A DNA stretch of 64,000 nucleotides from Candidatus Levyibacteriota bacterium (lineage in GTDB: Bacteria > Patescibacteriota > Microgenomatia > Levybacterales > GWA1-39-11). The notes below the pieces were generated by a model. That model ran no database searches, had not been told where the DNA came from, and saw only the letters and a list, made by a program, of their open reading frames with translations. Location of the stretch: assembly GCA_050255815.1 (NCBI GenBank), contig JBLMVJ010000035.1:10727-74726 (forward strand), read 5' to 3'. The translations under genes were made by a program, and so were the position numbers. Of this stretch, positions 18,483-28,093 are shown one piece after another. Numbering within the stretch: the first letter of the stretch is position 1; every line of letters begins with the position of its first letter.

Positions 18483-18598
18483 AAAGTACTAGTCTCACCC
18501 TGCCTAGAGACTATGTACTTATAAATTTTCTAAAAGAGCATTGCTTTTCGTACTTAAGAATTTATACAACTAGTAGCGAAAGCGATGCTCTTTTTTTT
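18483..18598 (+). ncRNA. Candidate small RNA (~116 nt) with two hairpins; the second is followed by T8 (intrinsic terminator)
   Basis: Hairpin 1 at 18486-18519 (GTACTAGTCTC...GAGACTATGTAC). Hairpin 2 arms at 18535-18553 and 18574-18590 (AGAGCATTGCTTTTCG / CGAAAGCGATGCTCT), followed by TTTTTTTT at 18591-18598. No ORF. Confidence 0.35.
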
Positions 18599-19054
18599 GG
18601 TAAAGTACTGCTCTCAGAGCAAGACTACCGGAATATGTAACCCTTTTTTCAAAAGCTCCTTCAATTGCTCTTTTCCCACCTTGTCCACGGTTATCTGATA
18701 TAAATCCGTCTCAAAATTCTGCTTCTTTTTTTCTTTGGTAAACAATTTAAAGAGCTTCATAACAGATAAAGTATACCACTTCTTGTCAACTCTTTCAACC
18801 TATAGATAAACAGTCTACACCCTAGAGTTTTTAGGCATACAAAAAGGATTGTTAAATCAATGAAAAAAAATCACAGAAAAAAATGTGGATAACTTTAGGG
18901 AAAATATTTTACCTCTTGACAGAGAATGTTAACGGGTTAAAAGGTTAAGAAAATTAAAGGGTTTTAAAAAAAACGGAAAGAGTTTGGGGATAAGAAAAAT
19001 TTGAGCAAACATCCAACTCGTTAACACGTGAACACGTTAACCGGTTAATAGTTT

Positions 19055-19885
19055 TTACTCTACCATGCGGCCAAAGAAGATGCGGCCGGCATCAGTGGCT
19101 ATGACGCGGGAAACTACTACCTTTATAGTCTTATCTATGAGGTTTTCACCGTTTTCTACTACTATCATGGTACCATCAGGCAAGTACCCTACCCCCTGGT
19201 TAGGGCCTTTTCCACGTTGCACTATCTTCACAAAAAACTCTTCACCCGGAACCGCCGTAGTCTTTAAGATATTTGCCATTTCAAACAAATCTATAGACGT
19301 GGCACCGGTTATCCGGGCTTTTTTAGAGAGGTTGTAGTCACATGTAATAATCCGTCCACGGGTCTTTCTGGCATAGCCAATAATCCGTTCATCTACCGGC
19401 TTTTTTCCGTCCTCATCATCTACGTTTAGCATCTTTACCCCGCGCATCTTCCGGAAATCCTCCAGGCTCTTTAAAGCGTTCCTGCCACGTTCTTTTTTAA
19501 CGTCATCTTTAGAATCCGCAATGTTCTTTAATTCATCTAAAACACCGGAAAGGATGACGAAATTACCAATAAATACGCCAATTTTTACCAGGTCAAACAC
19601 GCGGCCGTCTATAATAGCGGATGTATCCAGAATAAAACCGGGATCTTCTTTTTCTTTACTTGACCGTTTTCTGGAAGCAGGCCTGGGGACACTCTGGACT
19701 ACCCGCTTTGCTACTTCTTCAGCAATCTGGGCAACTACTTTAGGCGGAAGTAAAATGCCCTGCACTGCCTGGCGCGCTATCCCACGCGCATTTTTATTAG
19801 ACACTATCACTTCTGGGATCTCCTCCGTGCTTTTACGAGGTTTTTTTACTGCTGTTTTTTTTGTGGATGATTTCTTAACTGCCAT
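19055..19885 (-). CDS. PIN and TRAM domain protein (YacL-like)
   Basis: PIN start 'ILDTSAIIDGR'. C-terminal TRAM-like 'VKIVQRGKGPNQGVGYLPDGTMIVVENG...VVVSRVIATDAGRIFFG'. Adjacent to radA as in Firmicutes. Confidence 0.7.
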   Translation of the reverse strand: MAVKKSSTKKTAVKKPRKSTEEIPEVIVSNKNARGIARQAVQGILLPPKVVAQIAEEVAKRVVQSVPRPASRKRSSKEKEDPGFILDTSAIIDGRVFDLVKIGVFIGNFVILSGVLDELKNIADSKDDVKKERGRNALKSLEDFRKMRGVKMLNVDDEDGKKPVDERIIGYARKTRGRIITCDYNLSKKARITGATSIDLFEMANILKTTAVPGEEFFVKIVQRGKGPNQGVGYLPDGTMIVVENGENLIDKTIKVVVSRVIATDAGRIFFGRMVE

Positions 19886-20039
19886 ATGTAATTCAGCTTC
19901 AATTATAACACGTAACGTGATATATCGGAATTCAGAATTGAATCCCGTTATACCACGTAGTGGTACAGAAGCAATGCGATTCTATCATAGCTCAAACAAC
20001 GTTAGATTACGTTCTAGTCCTGAGAAGATTCTGAGAATA

Positions 20040-21434
20040 TTAGGAAAGTTTGCTAACCAGAGGTAATAATCCCTTTGCAGTTTCCATGGTCACGGCTTTA
20101 AACCCAAACTTCTTTGCCTCCTTGATACGTTTTTCCAGGTTCATAACCTTCTTAATCTCTCCCAACAGGCCTACCTCTGCTATGGCAGCAGTTTTAGCAA
20201 GCGATTTTCCTTTCAGGGAGCTTATGATAGACAGGCACACTGCCAGGTCTGAAGCCGGCTCTGATATCTTAAAGCCACCTACTACATTTACGTACACATC
20301 ATACTTATCCAGCGGCAGCTTTCCATGTTTCTGCAGGATAGCCAGCAAGAGTTCCAGGCGTTTCTCTGAAACACCGTTTGCAACGCGGCGGGGAAAAGCC
20401 AGGCTGGAATGGATTACTAATGCTTGTATCTCTACTAAAATAGGTCTGCTCCCCTCCATGATAACTGCTACACAAGAACCGGGGGAAGCAACAGAGTCAC
20501 CCATGAACAATTCAGACAAGTCTGTAATTTGTTTAAGGCCATATTCTTCCATACCAAATATTCCCACCTCTGAGGTATCCCCAAACCTGTTTTTAAATGC
20601 CCGTAGAATACGCACTCCGGTCATTTTCTCTCCTTCCAGGTATAACACGGTATCAACCATATGGGACAACATCATAGGGCCTGCCACCATCCCTTCCTTA
20701 GTCACATGGCCTATGAGAAAAACCGGGGTGTGAGTAGTCTTTGCAAAAGCTACAAGCCTACCCGTAGCATGGCGCACCTGGGGAATAGAACCTGCATAAC
20801 CGGGGACGTCCCCACTCTCCATAGTCTGGATTGAGTCAATGATCAGCAGGTCAAAGTGTTCTTGCTGTGCCTGCTCCAGGGCTAAATCTATGTCTGAGGT
20901 AGCTAAGATAAATAAATTTTCCGAGTTAGTTTTCCTGTCTTTTTGCAGCCTTTGTGCCCGGAGAGTAACTTGCGCTTCAGATTCTTCACCGGTAACATAC
21001 AGTATCTTGCGGGTGGCGGGTAGCGAGTGGCTTGTAGTTTTCTCACCACCTGCTACGTGCCCTTTGCTATCTGCCAGGTTAAGCGCCGTCTGTAAAAGTA
21101 TTGTTGACTTACCAACCCCCGGATCTCCTGAAAGTAAGACTACGGAACCGGGGACAATCCCGGCTCTGGCCTCCTCCCCCAAAACTCTATCAAACTCTGA
21201 GAACCCCGTAGAAAACCGCTCTACCAAATTTACTTTCACATCACTTATCCTGGTCGGCTTTGCTGAGGAAACGAATTTGGAACTGTGACTCTTTGCCCCT
21301 CTGCCCCTCTGACTCTCAGAAGTCTTAAACTCTTTCATGGTATTCCATTCCCCACACTCCGGGCATTTTCCGTACCATTTTTGCGAGTCGTATCCGCAAC
21401 TACTGCAGACGAATGAAATATTAGTTTTAGACAT
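20040..21434 (-). CDS. radA: DNA repair protein RadA (Sms)
   Basis: N-terminal zinc finger 'CSSCGYDSQKWYGKCPECGEW', Walker A 'GDPGVGKST', 'KNRFG' motif, and a Lon-like C-terminal domain. Confidence 0.95.
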   Translation of the reverse strand: MSKTNISFVCSSCGYDSQKWYGKCPECGEWNTMKEFKTSESQRGRGAKSHSSKFVSSAKPTRISDVKVNLVERFSTGFSEFDRVLGEEARAGIVPGSVVLLSGDPGVGKSTILLQTALNLADSKGHVAGGEKTTSHSLPATRKILYVTGEESEAQVTLRAQRLQKDRKTNSENLFILATSDIDLALEQAQQEHFDLLIIDSIQTMESGDVPGYAGSIPQVRHATGRLVAFAKTTHTPVFLIGHVTKEGMVAGPMMLSHMVDTVLYLEGEKMTGVRILRAFKNRFGDTSEVGIFGMEEYGLKQITDLSELFMGDSVASPGSCVAVIMEGSRPILVEIQALVIHSSLAFPRRVANGVSEKRLELLLAILQKHGKLPLDKYDVYVNVVGGFKISEPASDLAVCLSIISSLKGKSLAKTAAIAEVGLLGEIKKVMNLEKRIKEAKKFGFKAVTMETAKGLLPLVSKLS

Positions 21435-21449
21435 ATTTCCGAGGGAATT

Positions 21450-21505
21450 TAGAGTCTAGAATTCAGATTTCAGAATTAAATTTTGAATTCTAAATTTTGA
21501 ATTCT
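21450..21505. repeat. AT-rich palindromic repeats of the TTCAGAATT / GAATTCTAAATT family in the radA-rpsA intergenic region
   Basis: 'aattttgaattctaa' occurs twice in tandem. Related motifs at 34487-34555 and 42783-42845. Confidence 0.6.
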
Positions 21506-21510
21506 AAATT

Positions 21511-22596
21511 CTACCGGTATCCTACGAAGGTCTTCGTAACAATAGGAGATAATACAACTACTCTCTTTTTGGTATCAACTTCTACCACTTCTGCACTTAC
21601 AGACTGTCCTGGTTCATAGGTGGTACCTGCAGGAATCTTGCTGGAAGAAATAAATCCATTTACACCGTCTCCCAGTTTAACAGTCACACCCTTTGACCTT
21701 ACATCTGAAACGGTCCCGGTTACTTTCTCTTCCGGCTTAAACTTCTCTGCTGCTTTAGCAAATGAGTCGTTGAGCAGAGATTTTACTGAAAGGTTTACCC
21801 TCCTGTTCTCTGCGTCTACGCTTAACACTACCGCCTCAAATGCATCACCTTTTTTATATAAATCATTTAAGTTCTCTACCCTCTCATGGGAAATCTCAGA
21901 AATATGGATAAAACCTTCGGTAAGTTTTCCTTCTGTTGCCTGCGTAGTCACATACACACCATATGATGCAACCTGGGAAACAGTTACCGGCACTTTTTTA
22001 TCTTTGGGGAAAAGTTTGCGCAAAATCTCTGCATCAGTTACATATGAAACAGCTTTCTGGGAAAAAATAGCCCTCTTTTTTGTTTTGTCAGACTCAATAA
22101 TTTTTACTTCTATAGTTTTGCCGCTTAGGTTCTCTCCGTCAAGCACCTGTGAGTTAGGAAGAAAACCGCGGATGCCATTTTCTGCTTCAACAAAAAATCC
22201 GCCGCGGGTAGGTTCTAAAACTTTCACGCTTACGGTCAGGTTATCTGCCAGTGCCTTGTCTAAATTAGAGAAAATGAGGTTGCCCAGCGTACGGCGCAGA
22301 GAAACAACAGGAAAACCCTCTTCTGCTTCAGGAGAAATAACAACAGCTTTTACTTTTTCTCCTACTTTCAGCATGGAAAGCAGGTGGTTGAGGTTATTTT
22401 TATCAACTTCCAGAACTAATGCATCTGATTTTGCACCAATATCTAAAAGGATTTCTTGGGGAGTGAGTTTTTTAACGGTTCCTTCTACTTCCTCACCTTT
22501 TTTAAACACCTTAAAACTTGAGGATGACCTGGCCATGAGCTCAGCCATGGAAGAAGCATGTCCTGGATTAGATGCGTTTTTGCTTGAAGTTGGCAC
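21511..22596 (-). CDS. rpsA: 30S ribosomal protein S1 (short, four S1 domains)
   Basis: Repeated S1-domain pattern ('GEEVEGTVKKL...', 'GTVSDVRSKGVTVKLGDGVNGFI'). Confidence 0.85.
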   Translation of the reverse strand: MPTSSKNASNPGHASSMAELMARSSSSFKVFKKGEEVEGTVKKLTPQEILLDIGAKSDALVLEVDKNNLNHLLSMLKVGEKVKAVVISPEAEEGFPVVSLRRTLGNLIFSNLDKALADNLTVSVKVLEPTRGGFFVEAENGIRGFLPNSQVLDGENLSGKTIEVKIIESDKTKKRAIFSQKAVSYVTDAEILRKLFPKDKKVPVTVSQVASYGVYVTTQATEGKLTEGFIHISEISHERVENLNDLYKKGDAFEAVVLSVDAENRRVNLSVKSLLNDSFAKAAEKFKPEEKVTGTVSDVRSKGVTVKLGDGVNGFISSSKIPAGTTYEPGQSVSAEVVEVDTKKRVVVLSPIVTKTFVGYR

Positions 22597-22699
22597 TTAG
22601 TAATTCCCCTTTCATAATTAGAATGATACATTCTACCACAGGAAGAACCTATCCGCAAGGAAATTCCAAAGCTCTTATTTCCCTTCTGATCGATCCCTT

Positions 22700-22752
22700 C
22701 CAATTCCATCACTTGAAACAGAACCCATGAGAAACGAGTGAACGAGCGCCCG
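22700..22752 (+). repeat. Dispersed ~55-bp repeat element, copy B
   Basis: CCAATTCCATCACTTGAAACAGAACCCATGAGAAACGAGTGAACGAGCGCCCG aligns with copies A and C. Confidence 0.55.
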
Positions 22753-22881
22753 GAAAGAACACACATGAGGGACTGTTGCGAAGCGGTTCTTTCAGTGAGT
22801 GAACGAGTTTTGAATGGATGAATGGTTCATCGTGATGGCAGTTTTTGCTCAACTTTTTGCTGCCAAAAAGTTGAAAGAAAC

Positions 22882-23343
22882 CTAAATGAACCTAAAAAGA
22901 ATCACGTAGAGGATAAAAACTGTGGCCACTTGTGTCACTATGCCCCACGGCTGGTCCAGGCGGGAATTAATAAGATGCTGCACTTTATACATCCATTTGG
23001 ACCATTGGGAGAATACATTATTAGTCCGCAAAATAAGGTACGGTGCCGTAATCCAGTCAGGCAGCTGGGCGGCAATAACAGAAGCAAACAAAAGTATACT
23101 GTCTGTCCCCCCTAAAACCCCATGGTACAGTACATAAGCTGACAGAAAGCTAATCCCCACGTCTATACCGGATTCTATGACAAGCGCCTGCTTAGTCTTA
23201 TCCCGGTGGTGGAGTCCGGTATCCCAGTGGGGAATTAAATCTAGCGCAAAATGGGAAACAAAAGAGGCTGGGATTGCTACATATGGGTTGTGGAATTTTG
23301 CGGCAATAAGTGCTGCAACTAACGCGTGTCCGGTGGCTGTCAT
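22882..23343 (-). CDS. DUF457/YdjM-like membrane-bound metal-dependent hydrolase family protein
   Basis: Multiple TM segments and conserved His residues ('HFALDLIPHWD'). Weak, family-level call only. Confidence 0.45.
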   Translation of the reverse strand: MTATGHALVAALIAAKFHNPYVAIPASFVSHFALDLIPHWDTGLHHRDKTKQALVIESGIDVGISFLSAYVLYHGVLGGTDSILLFASVIAAQLPDWITAPYLILRTNNVFSQWSKWMYKVQHLINSRLDQPWGIVTQVATVFILYVILFRFI

Positions 23344-23641
23344 GCGATCAATTATATCAGATTTCAGATAACACTGGTCTTCTTCCCGTCATAATTCTGT
23401 CAAGATTTAATAACTTCAATAAGGCAAAATAATCTTCTATGAACAGCTATGAATTAGGGAAAAACATTGGACAAGCACAGGATAAAGGTATTGAACATAG
23501 GCTTTCTCCACCCAGGCCAGGCATAGAAACAAGAAGAATGACGACAAGGGCTGTAATAGATGTACTATTACTCAGAGAAAGAGGGATTACTCTTGGGAAA
23601 CCTTCTGCCAAGAGGGTTAAATAATCTGCTAAAATATCCTC

Positions 23642-24241
23642 ATGGATCTTTTGATAGGGGTTGTCATCCTCATTTTCTCTGCTATTTTACATGAGGTTAT
23701 GCACGGATGGGTAGCTGATAAGTTAGGCGACCCTACGGCCCGGCTCATGGGGCGCTTGACCCTCAATCCCATCCCCCACATAGACCCGCTCATGAGCGTT
23801 GTCATTCCCATTATTCTGATTCTGGCACACTCCCCTATTATTTTTGGGGCTGCAAAACCGGTCCCGGTAAATCCTATGCATTTGCATGACGGGAAAAAAG
23901 ATTTTGCACTGGTAGGACTAGCGGGTCCGTTAACTAATGCAGTTATTGCAATTATTGCAGCCGGCCTTTTACACATAGTTCCTGCTGATAACTTCATTGC
24001 CTATATATTATCCCTGGTAGTCCTCTATAACCTCATCCTGGCTTTTATCAACCTAATCCCTATCCCGCCACTAGATGGATCACGGGTCATCACATTCTTG
24101 CTCCCTGACGATCTGGCACGCAAGTACCTTTCTATAGAGTCTTTTGGTATTGTCATCTTATTCCTTCTTCTGTCGTTTACTAATCTGGGAGCTGTCCTTT
24201 TCAACCTCATCACCTTCTCCATGCACTTATTAGGTTTGTAG
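23642..24241 (+). CDS. Peptidase M50 (site-2 protease) family membrane metalloprotease
   Basis: HExxH 'LHEVMHGWVA' in a TM helix and the downstream 'PLDGSRV' motif. Confidence 0.8.
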   Translation: MDLLIGVVILIFSAILHEVMHGWVADKLGDPTARLMGRLTLNPIPHIDPLMSVVIPIILILAHSPIIFGAAKPVPVNPMHLHDGKKDFALVGLAGPLTNAVIAIIAAGLLHIVPADNFIAYILSLVVLYNLILAFINLIPIPPLDGSRVITFLLPDDLARKYLSIESFGIVILFLLLSFTNLGAVLFNLITFSMHLLGL

Positions 24242-24278
24242 TTGCAAGAAAATACACAGTCTTGTACCATTAGTTCAG

Positions 24279-25529
24279 ATGAAAATTACTGATATCAAAG
24301 CGCTTGAAATCCTTGACTCCCGCGGCAACCCCACCGTACGCACTTTTTTGCAAACTGAGGATAACTCCTGGCATGTTGGATCTGTCCCTTCCGGCGCCTC
24401 TACCGGATCTAATGAAGTCTTGGAGCTGCGTGACAATGATGAGAAGCGGTATGGCGGGAAAGGTGTCCAGAAAGCCGTAGAGAACGTAAATACAAAGATC
24501 AAAGACCTGGTCAAAGACCAGGAAACAGACCCTAAAGAGATAGACAAAAAAATGCTGGAGCTCGATGGTACCGGGGATAAATCAAACCTGGGTGCAAATG
24601 CAATACTGTCAGTTTCCATGGCAGTGACCCACGCTGCCGCACACTCTTCCCACCTGCCTCTTTGGCAATATGTAAGGCAATACTTCTTCCCCAACCTGAA
24701 TAACCTGGAAGCAAATAAATTTCCCCAGCTTATGGTGAACATAGTAAACGGTGGCAAGCATGCAGGCTGGAACTTTGACCTGCAGGAATTTATGGTAGTA
24801 CCGGTCTCCGCTACTCCCTCTGAGAGTATCAGGGTTGCCTCTGAAGTCTTCCATTCACTTGGGAAATTACTGAAGGAGAAAAATCTTTCCACTTTAGTGG
24901 GTGATGAAGGCGGCTATTCCCCTGCTTTAGGTTCTAATGAAGAAGTATTGGATACCATAACAGAAGCAGCAAAACGCGCTGGATATGAAAGAGGAAAAGA
25001 CTACCGCCTTTCTCTAGACTGTGCTGCATCCGAGTTTTTTGAGGACGGCAAATATATATTTAAGAAGGCAAATAAAACGTTAAACGGGGAAGAACTCAGG
25101 AATTATTATAAGGAGCTGGGGCAAAAATATGGAATACTTTCTTTTGAAGACCCCTTTGATGAAGATGACTGGGATTCTTGGAAGGCATTCCAGGAAACTT
25201 CTGGCTCGGAATTCACCTTAATAGGAGATGACCTGTTTACTACAAATCCTGAGCGAATTAAACACGGAATAGAAATGAAAGCCGCAAACGGGGTTTTAAT
25301 CAAGTTAAACCAGATAGGCACGGTGTCTGAAACCGCAGAAGCAATACGGCTAGGAAAAGATGCGGGCTGGAAGATAGCCGTCTCCCACCGGTCAGGAGAA
25401 ACAGAAGATAATTTTATTGCAGATTTAGCTTATGCCAGCAACGCTGACTTTATCAAATCCGGCTCCATGAGCAGATCTGAAAGACTTTCCAAATACAACC
25501 GCCTCCTGGAAATAGAAAAAGGTATCTAG
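24279..25529 (+). CDS. eno: Enolase
   Basis: 'ILDSRGNPTV' N-terminus and 'SHRSGETED' signature. Confidence 0.97.
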   Translation: MKITDIKALEILDSRGNPTVRTFLQTEDNSWHVGSVPSGASTGSNEVLELRDNDEKRYGGKGVQKAVENVNTKIKDLVKDQETDPKEIDKKMLELDGTGDKSNLGANAILSVSMAVTHAAAHSSHLPLWQYVRQYFFPNLNNLEANKFPQLMVNIVNGGKHAGWNFDLQEFMVVPVSATPSESIRVASEVFHSLGKLLKEKNLSTLVGDEGGYSPALGSNEEVLDTITEAAKRAGYERGKDYRLSLDCAASEFFEDGKYIFKKANKTLNGEELRNYYKELGQKYGILSFEDPFDEDDWDSWKAFQETSGSEFTLIGDDLFTTNPERIKHGIEMKAANGVLIKLNQIGTVSETAEAIRLGKDAGWKIAVSHRSGETEDNFIADLAYASNADFIKSGSMSRSERLSKYNRLLEIEKGI

Positions 25530-25573
25530 ATCCCTTGCTTTATACTTAATACATACTACATAATACTTAATAC

Positions 25574-26203
25574 ATGTCTTACCTGGTTTTAGTCCGTCAT
25601 GGATTATCTGAGTACAATAAAAAGGGCTTATGGACCGGATGGACTGATGTATCACTGGCGCCGGAAGGGATTGAACAGGCTAAAAAAACCGGCGAAGAAT
25701 TAAAAGACATCCGCATAGATTACGCTTACACCTCTGATTTAAAAAGGACCCAGGAAACGTTACACGAAATTCTACAGGTTATCGGCCAGTTTCCGGAAAT
25801 AACTTCAGATAAAGCCTTTAATGAGCGTAATTACGGAATCTACACTGGACGCAACAAATGGGATGTAAAAAAAGAGGTTGGGGAGGAAAAGTTTTTAGAT
25901 ATCAGAAGAGTTTATGATTACTCCATTCCTGAAGGGGAATCTTTAAAGCAGGTTTATGAACGCGAAGTGCCATATTATAAAGCGGAGATTGAACCAAAAC
26001 TCATGGCAGGTAAAAATGTTGTGATTGCATCCTCCGGAAATCCATTGCGGGCGTTGGTTAAATACCTGGAAAATATTTCAGACGAGGACATAGACAAGCT
26101 TGAAATAGGAACAGGCGAAGCATATGTTTACCAGATAGATTCCAATGGCAAAGTAATTAATAAGGAAATCAGAGGTAAAAATCCCATGGCAGGAAAGGTA
26201 TAG
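25574..26203 (+). CDS. gpmA: 2,3-bisphosphoglycerate-dependent phosphoglycerate mutase (histidine phosphatase family)
   Basis: 'LVRHGLSEYN' RHG motif. Adjacent to eno. Confidence 0.8.
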   Translation: MSYLVLVRHGLSEYNKKGLWTGWTDVSLAPEGIEQAKKTGEELKDIRIDYAYTSDLKRTQETLHEILQVIGQFPEITSDKAFNERNYGIYTGRNKWDVKKEVGEEKFLDIRRVYDYSIPEGESLKQVYEREVPYYKAEIEPKLMAGKNVVIASSGNPLRALVKYLENISDEDIDKLEIGTGEAYVYQIDSNGKVINKEIRGKNPMAGKV

Positions 26204-26944
26204 TTACTTCTGAGGTACTGCGGCTTGAATCTCCGGCTTCACCATAGTGTATGGAAGCGTTATGAGTTTATTGTCTGCCTTAATCCGCAGCTCATCCTGC
26301 TTATTAAACTTCACAAATTTCTCAGCAACAAAAACGTTCACATCCCTACCCTCCTTATTAGTACCGGTAACTTTTACCCACTCCTTCTTTCCGTCCTGAT
26401 CATATAATCCTCCATAAACCTCTACCATTTTTAAATCATCAAGCTTAATACCCAGCTTCTCAACATCCTGTTGGGACATAACTGAACCATCCACTCTTGG
26501 CTCTAAATGGAATATAGGAGCTTGGTACTCTGCTTTCGTAGTAATATTTCCGCTAATAGGAATCTCTCCTATGGATCCTCCTCTATAAACTATTCCATCT
26601 CTTCCTGTATTTGGATCCGTAGCTATGGCTTCCGGCCTAGGATCCCCAAATTTATGGCCTTCTGACGCTAGGCTTTCTGCAAGGGCATTAGTATCTGCTT
26701 CCTGCTGTGTAGTGAGTCCTATTTGGGTAATATGGGAGGCTGCAGAATCTATGGTGCCCGCAGCGTCCCCTATAGGTCCTGAGGCAACCTTTACCCCGCC
26801 TATTCCGAGCGCTGCAATAAAAGCTGCTACGGTTAACTTTGCTTTTTCTGAAAAACGAGGTTTCCGGGGGCTTGAAATGTCCCGGGCATTCTCCATTTTA
26901 AAGCTGGGGCGCCTATCCCCTACTGTGTCTACCATACCTACCAT
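26204..26944 (-). CDS. Hypothetical membrane-anchored protein
   Basis: Single TM 'LTVAAFIAALGIGGV'. No motif. The start may be the internal Met (MENARD...). Confidence 0.5.
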   Translation of the reverse strand: MVGMVDTVGDRRPSFKMENARDISSPRKPRFSEKAKLTVAAFIAALGIGGVKVASGPIGDAAGTIDSAASHITQIGLTTQQEADTNALAESLASEGHKFGDPRPEAIATDPNTGRDGIVYRGGSIGEIPISGNITTKAEYQAPIFHLEPRVDGSVMSQQDVEKLGIKLDDLKMVEVYGGLYDQDGKKEWVKVTGTNKEGRDVNVFVAEKFVKFNKQDELRIKADNKLITLPYTMVKPEIQAAVPQK

Positions 26945-26984
26945 CCTACCTTTTTAGCTCTTCCGGTGTCAAGCTGGTAGATAA

Positions 26985-27983
26985 ATGCAGTATAATATTC
27001 CCATGTCTCCCATCATTTCAGTTGACCATCTAGTAAAAACATATAAAGTCCACAAGAAAGACCCGGGGTTTATGGGATCCGTAAAGTCTTTAGTAAACAG
27101 AAAATATGAACAGGTCCATGCGGTAAAAGATATTTCTTTTGAGATAAATCCCGGAGAGCTGGTAGGCTTTATAGGGCCTAATGGTGCAGGAAAAACTACC
27201 ACGCTGAAATGTCTGTCCGGTTTGCTTTTTCCCAGTGCCGGAAAGGTTGAAGTATTAGGATATGAACCTTTCCAAAGAAAAACCCCTTTTCTGAAGCAGA
27301 TTGCCCTGGTCATGGGACAGAAAAACCAGCTCTGGTGGGACCTTCCCCCTACAGAAACTTTTATCTTAAATAAGGAAATATATGAGGTGCCGGAGAAGCG
27401 GTTCAAAGAAACACTGAATGATTTAGTGGAACTCTTAGATGTAAAGGACGTGTTGAATATTCAGGTCCGGAAGTTATCTCTAGGGCAACGCATGAAATGT
27501 GAGCTAATTGCTGCCCTTCTCCACTCCCCTAAGGTTTTATTTTTAGACGAGCCAACCATAGGACTGGATGTAGTAATGCAGAAAAAACTCCGCGACTTTA
27601 TTAAACAATACAATGAAAAATACAACGCCACTATTATTTTGACCAGTCATTATATGGAGGATGTGCGGCAGCTATGTGAGCGAGTCATAGTCATAGACCA
27701 TGGAATGCTGCTGTTTGACGGAAGATTAGACGCGCTGGTGAAAGAATACACCCAGCACAAACTGATCTCTATAGTGTTTGAGAAAAAAGTGGAACGAAAG
27801 GATCTGGAAAAGTTAGGAACAGTACTGGAATATGACTTTCCAAAGGTTATCCTTTCCGTAAACCGCAAAGATTCCAACCAGGCTACTTCAAAACTCCTGA
27901 AAGACTTCCCCGTTGCGGATTTAAATATCCAGGAACCGGATATAGAAGACATCATTAGAGAGGTCTTTTCAAGAAAGAAATAA
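26985..27983 (+). CDS. ABC transporter ATP-binding protein
   Basis: Walker A 'GPNGAGKTT', ABC signature 'LSLGQRMK', Walker B 'LFLDEPTIGLD'. Confidence 0.9.
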   Translation: MQYNIPMSPIISVDHLVKTYKVHKKDPGFMGSVKSLVNRKYEQVHAVKDISFEINPGELVGFIGPNGAGKTTTLKCLSGLLFPSAGKVEVLGYEPFQRKTPFLKQIALVMGQKNQLWWDLPPTETFILNKEIYEVPEKRFKETLNDLVELLDVKDVLNIQVRKLSLGQRMKCELIAALLHSPKVLFLDEPTIGLDVVMQKKLRDFIKQYNEKYNATIILTSHYMEDVRQLCERVIVIDHGMLLFDGRLDALVKEYTQHKLISIVFEKKVERKDLEKLGTVLEYDFPKVILSVNRKDSNQATSKLLKDFPVADLNIQEPDIEDIIREVFSRKK

Positions 27984-28093
27984 ACCAAGAAATTCAGTAG
28001 AAATAGATAGAAATTCATAGAAACTAAATTGTATTTATTGCTGCACTTCAGTTTCTACCAATTTCAACTAATAGCTACCATTTTCTATGCCTT

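Noticed and set aside
18614-18762. Apparent 49-aa minus-strand small ORF in the galE / yacL-like spacer
   Set aside because: On careful re-translation the frame hits TAA after 23 codons. My first reading had dropped two bases.
21515-21545. Hairpin CTACGAAGG-TCTTCGTA near the rpsA 3' end considered as a terminator
   Set aside because: It lies inside the rpsA coding sequence (encodes ...TKTFVGYR), not downstream of the stop.
19065-22600. Plus-strand ORFs 19065..19337, 19521..20066, 20050..20733, 20839..21288 and 21620..22600
   Set aside because: Antisense to well-supported yacL-like, radA and rpsA genes. No motifs.
23439-23624. 61-aa ORF in the divergent DUF457/M50 intergenic region
   Set aside because: No RBS. 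It occupies probable promoter space for both flanking genes. Basic low-complexity product.
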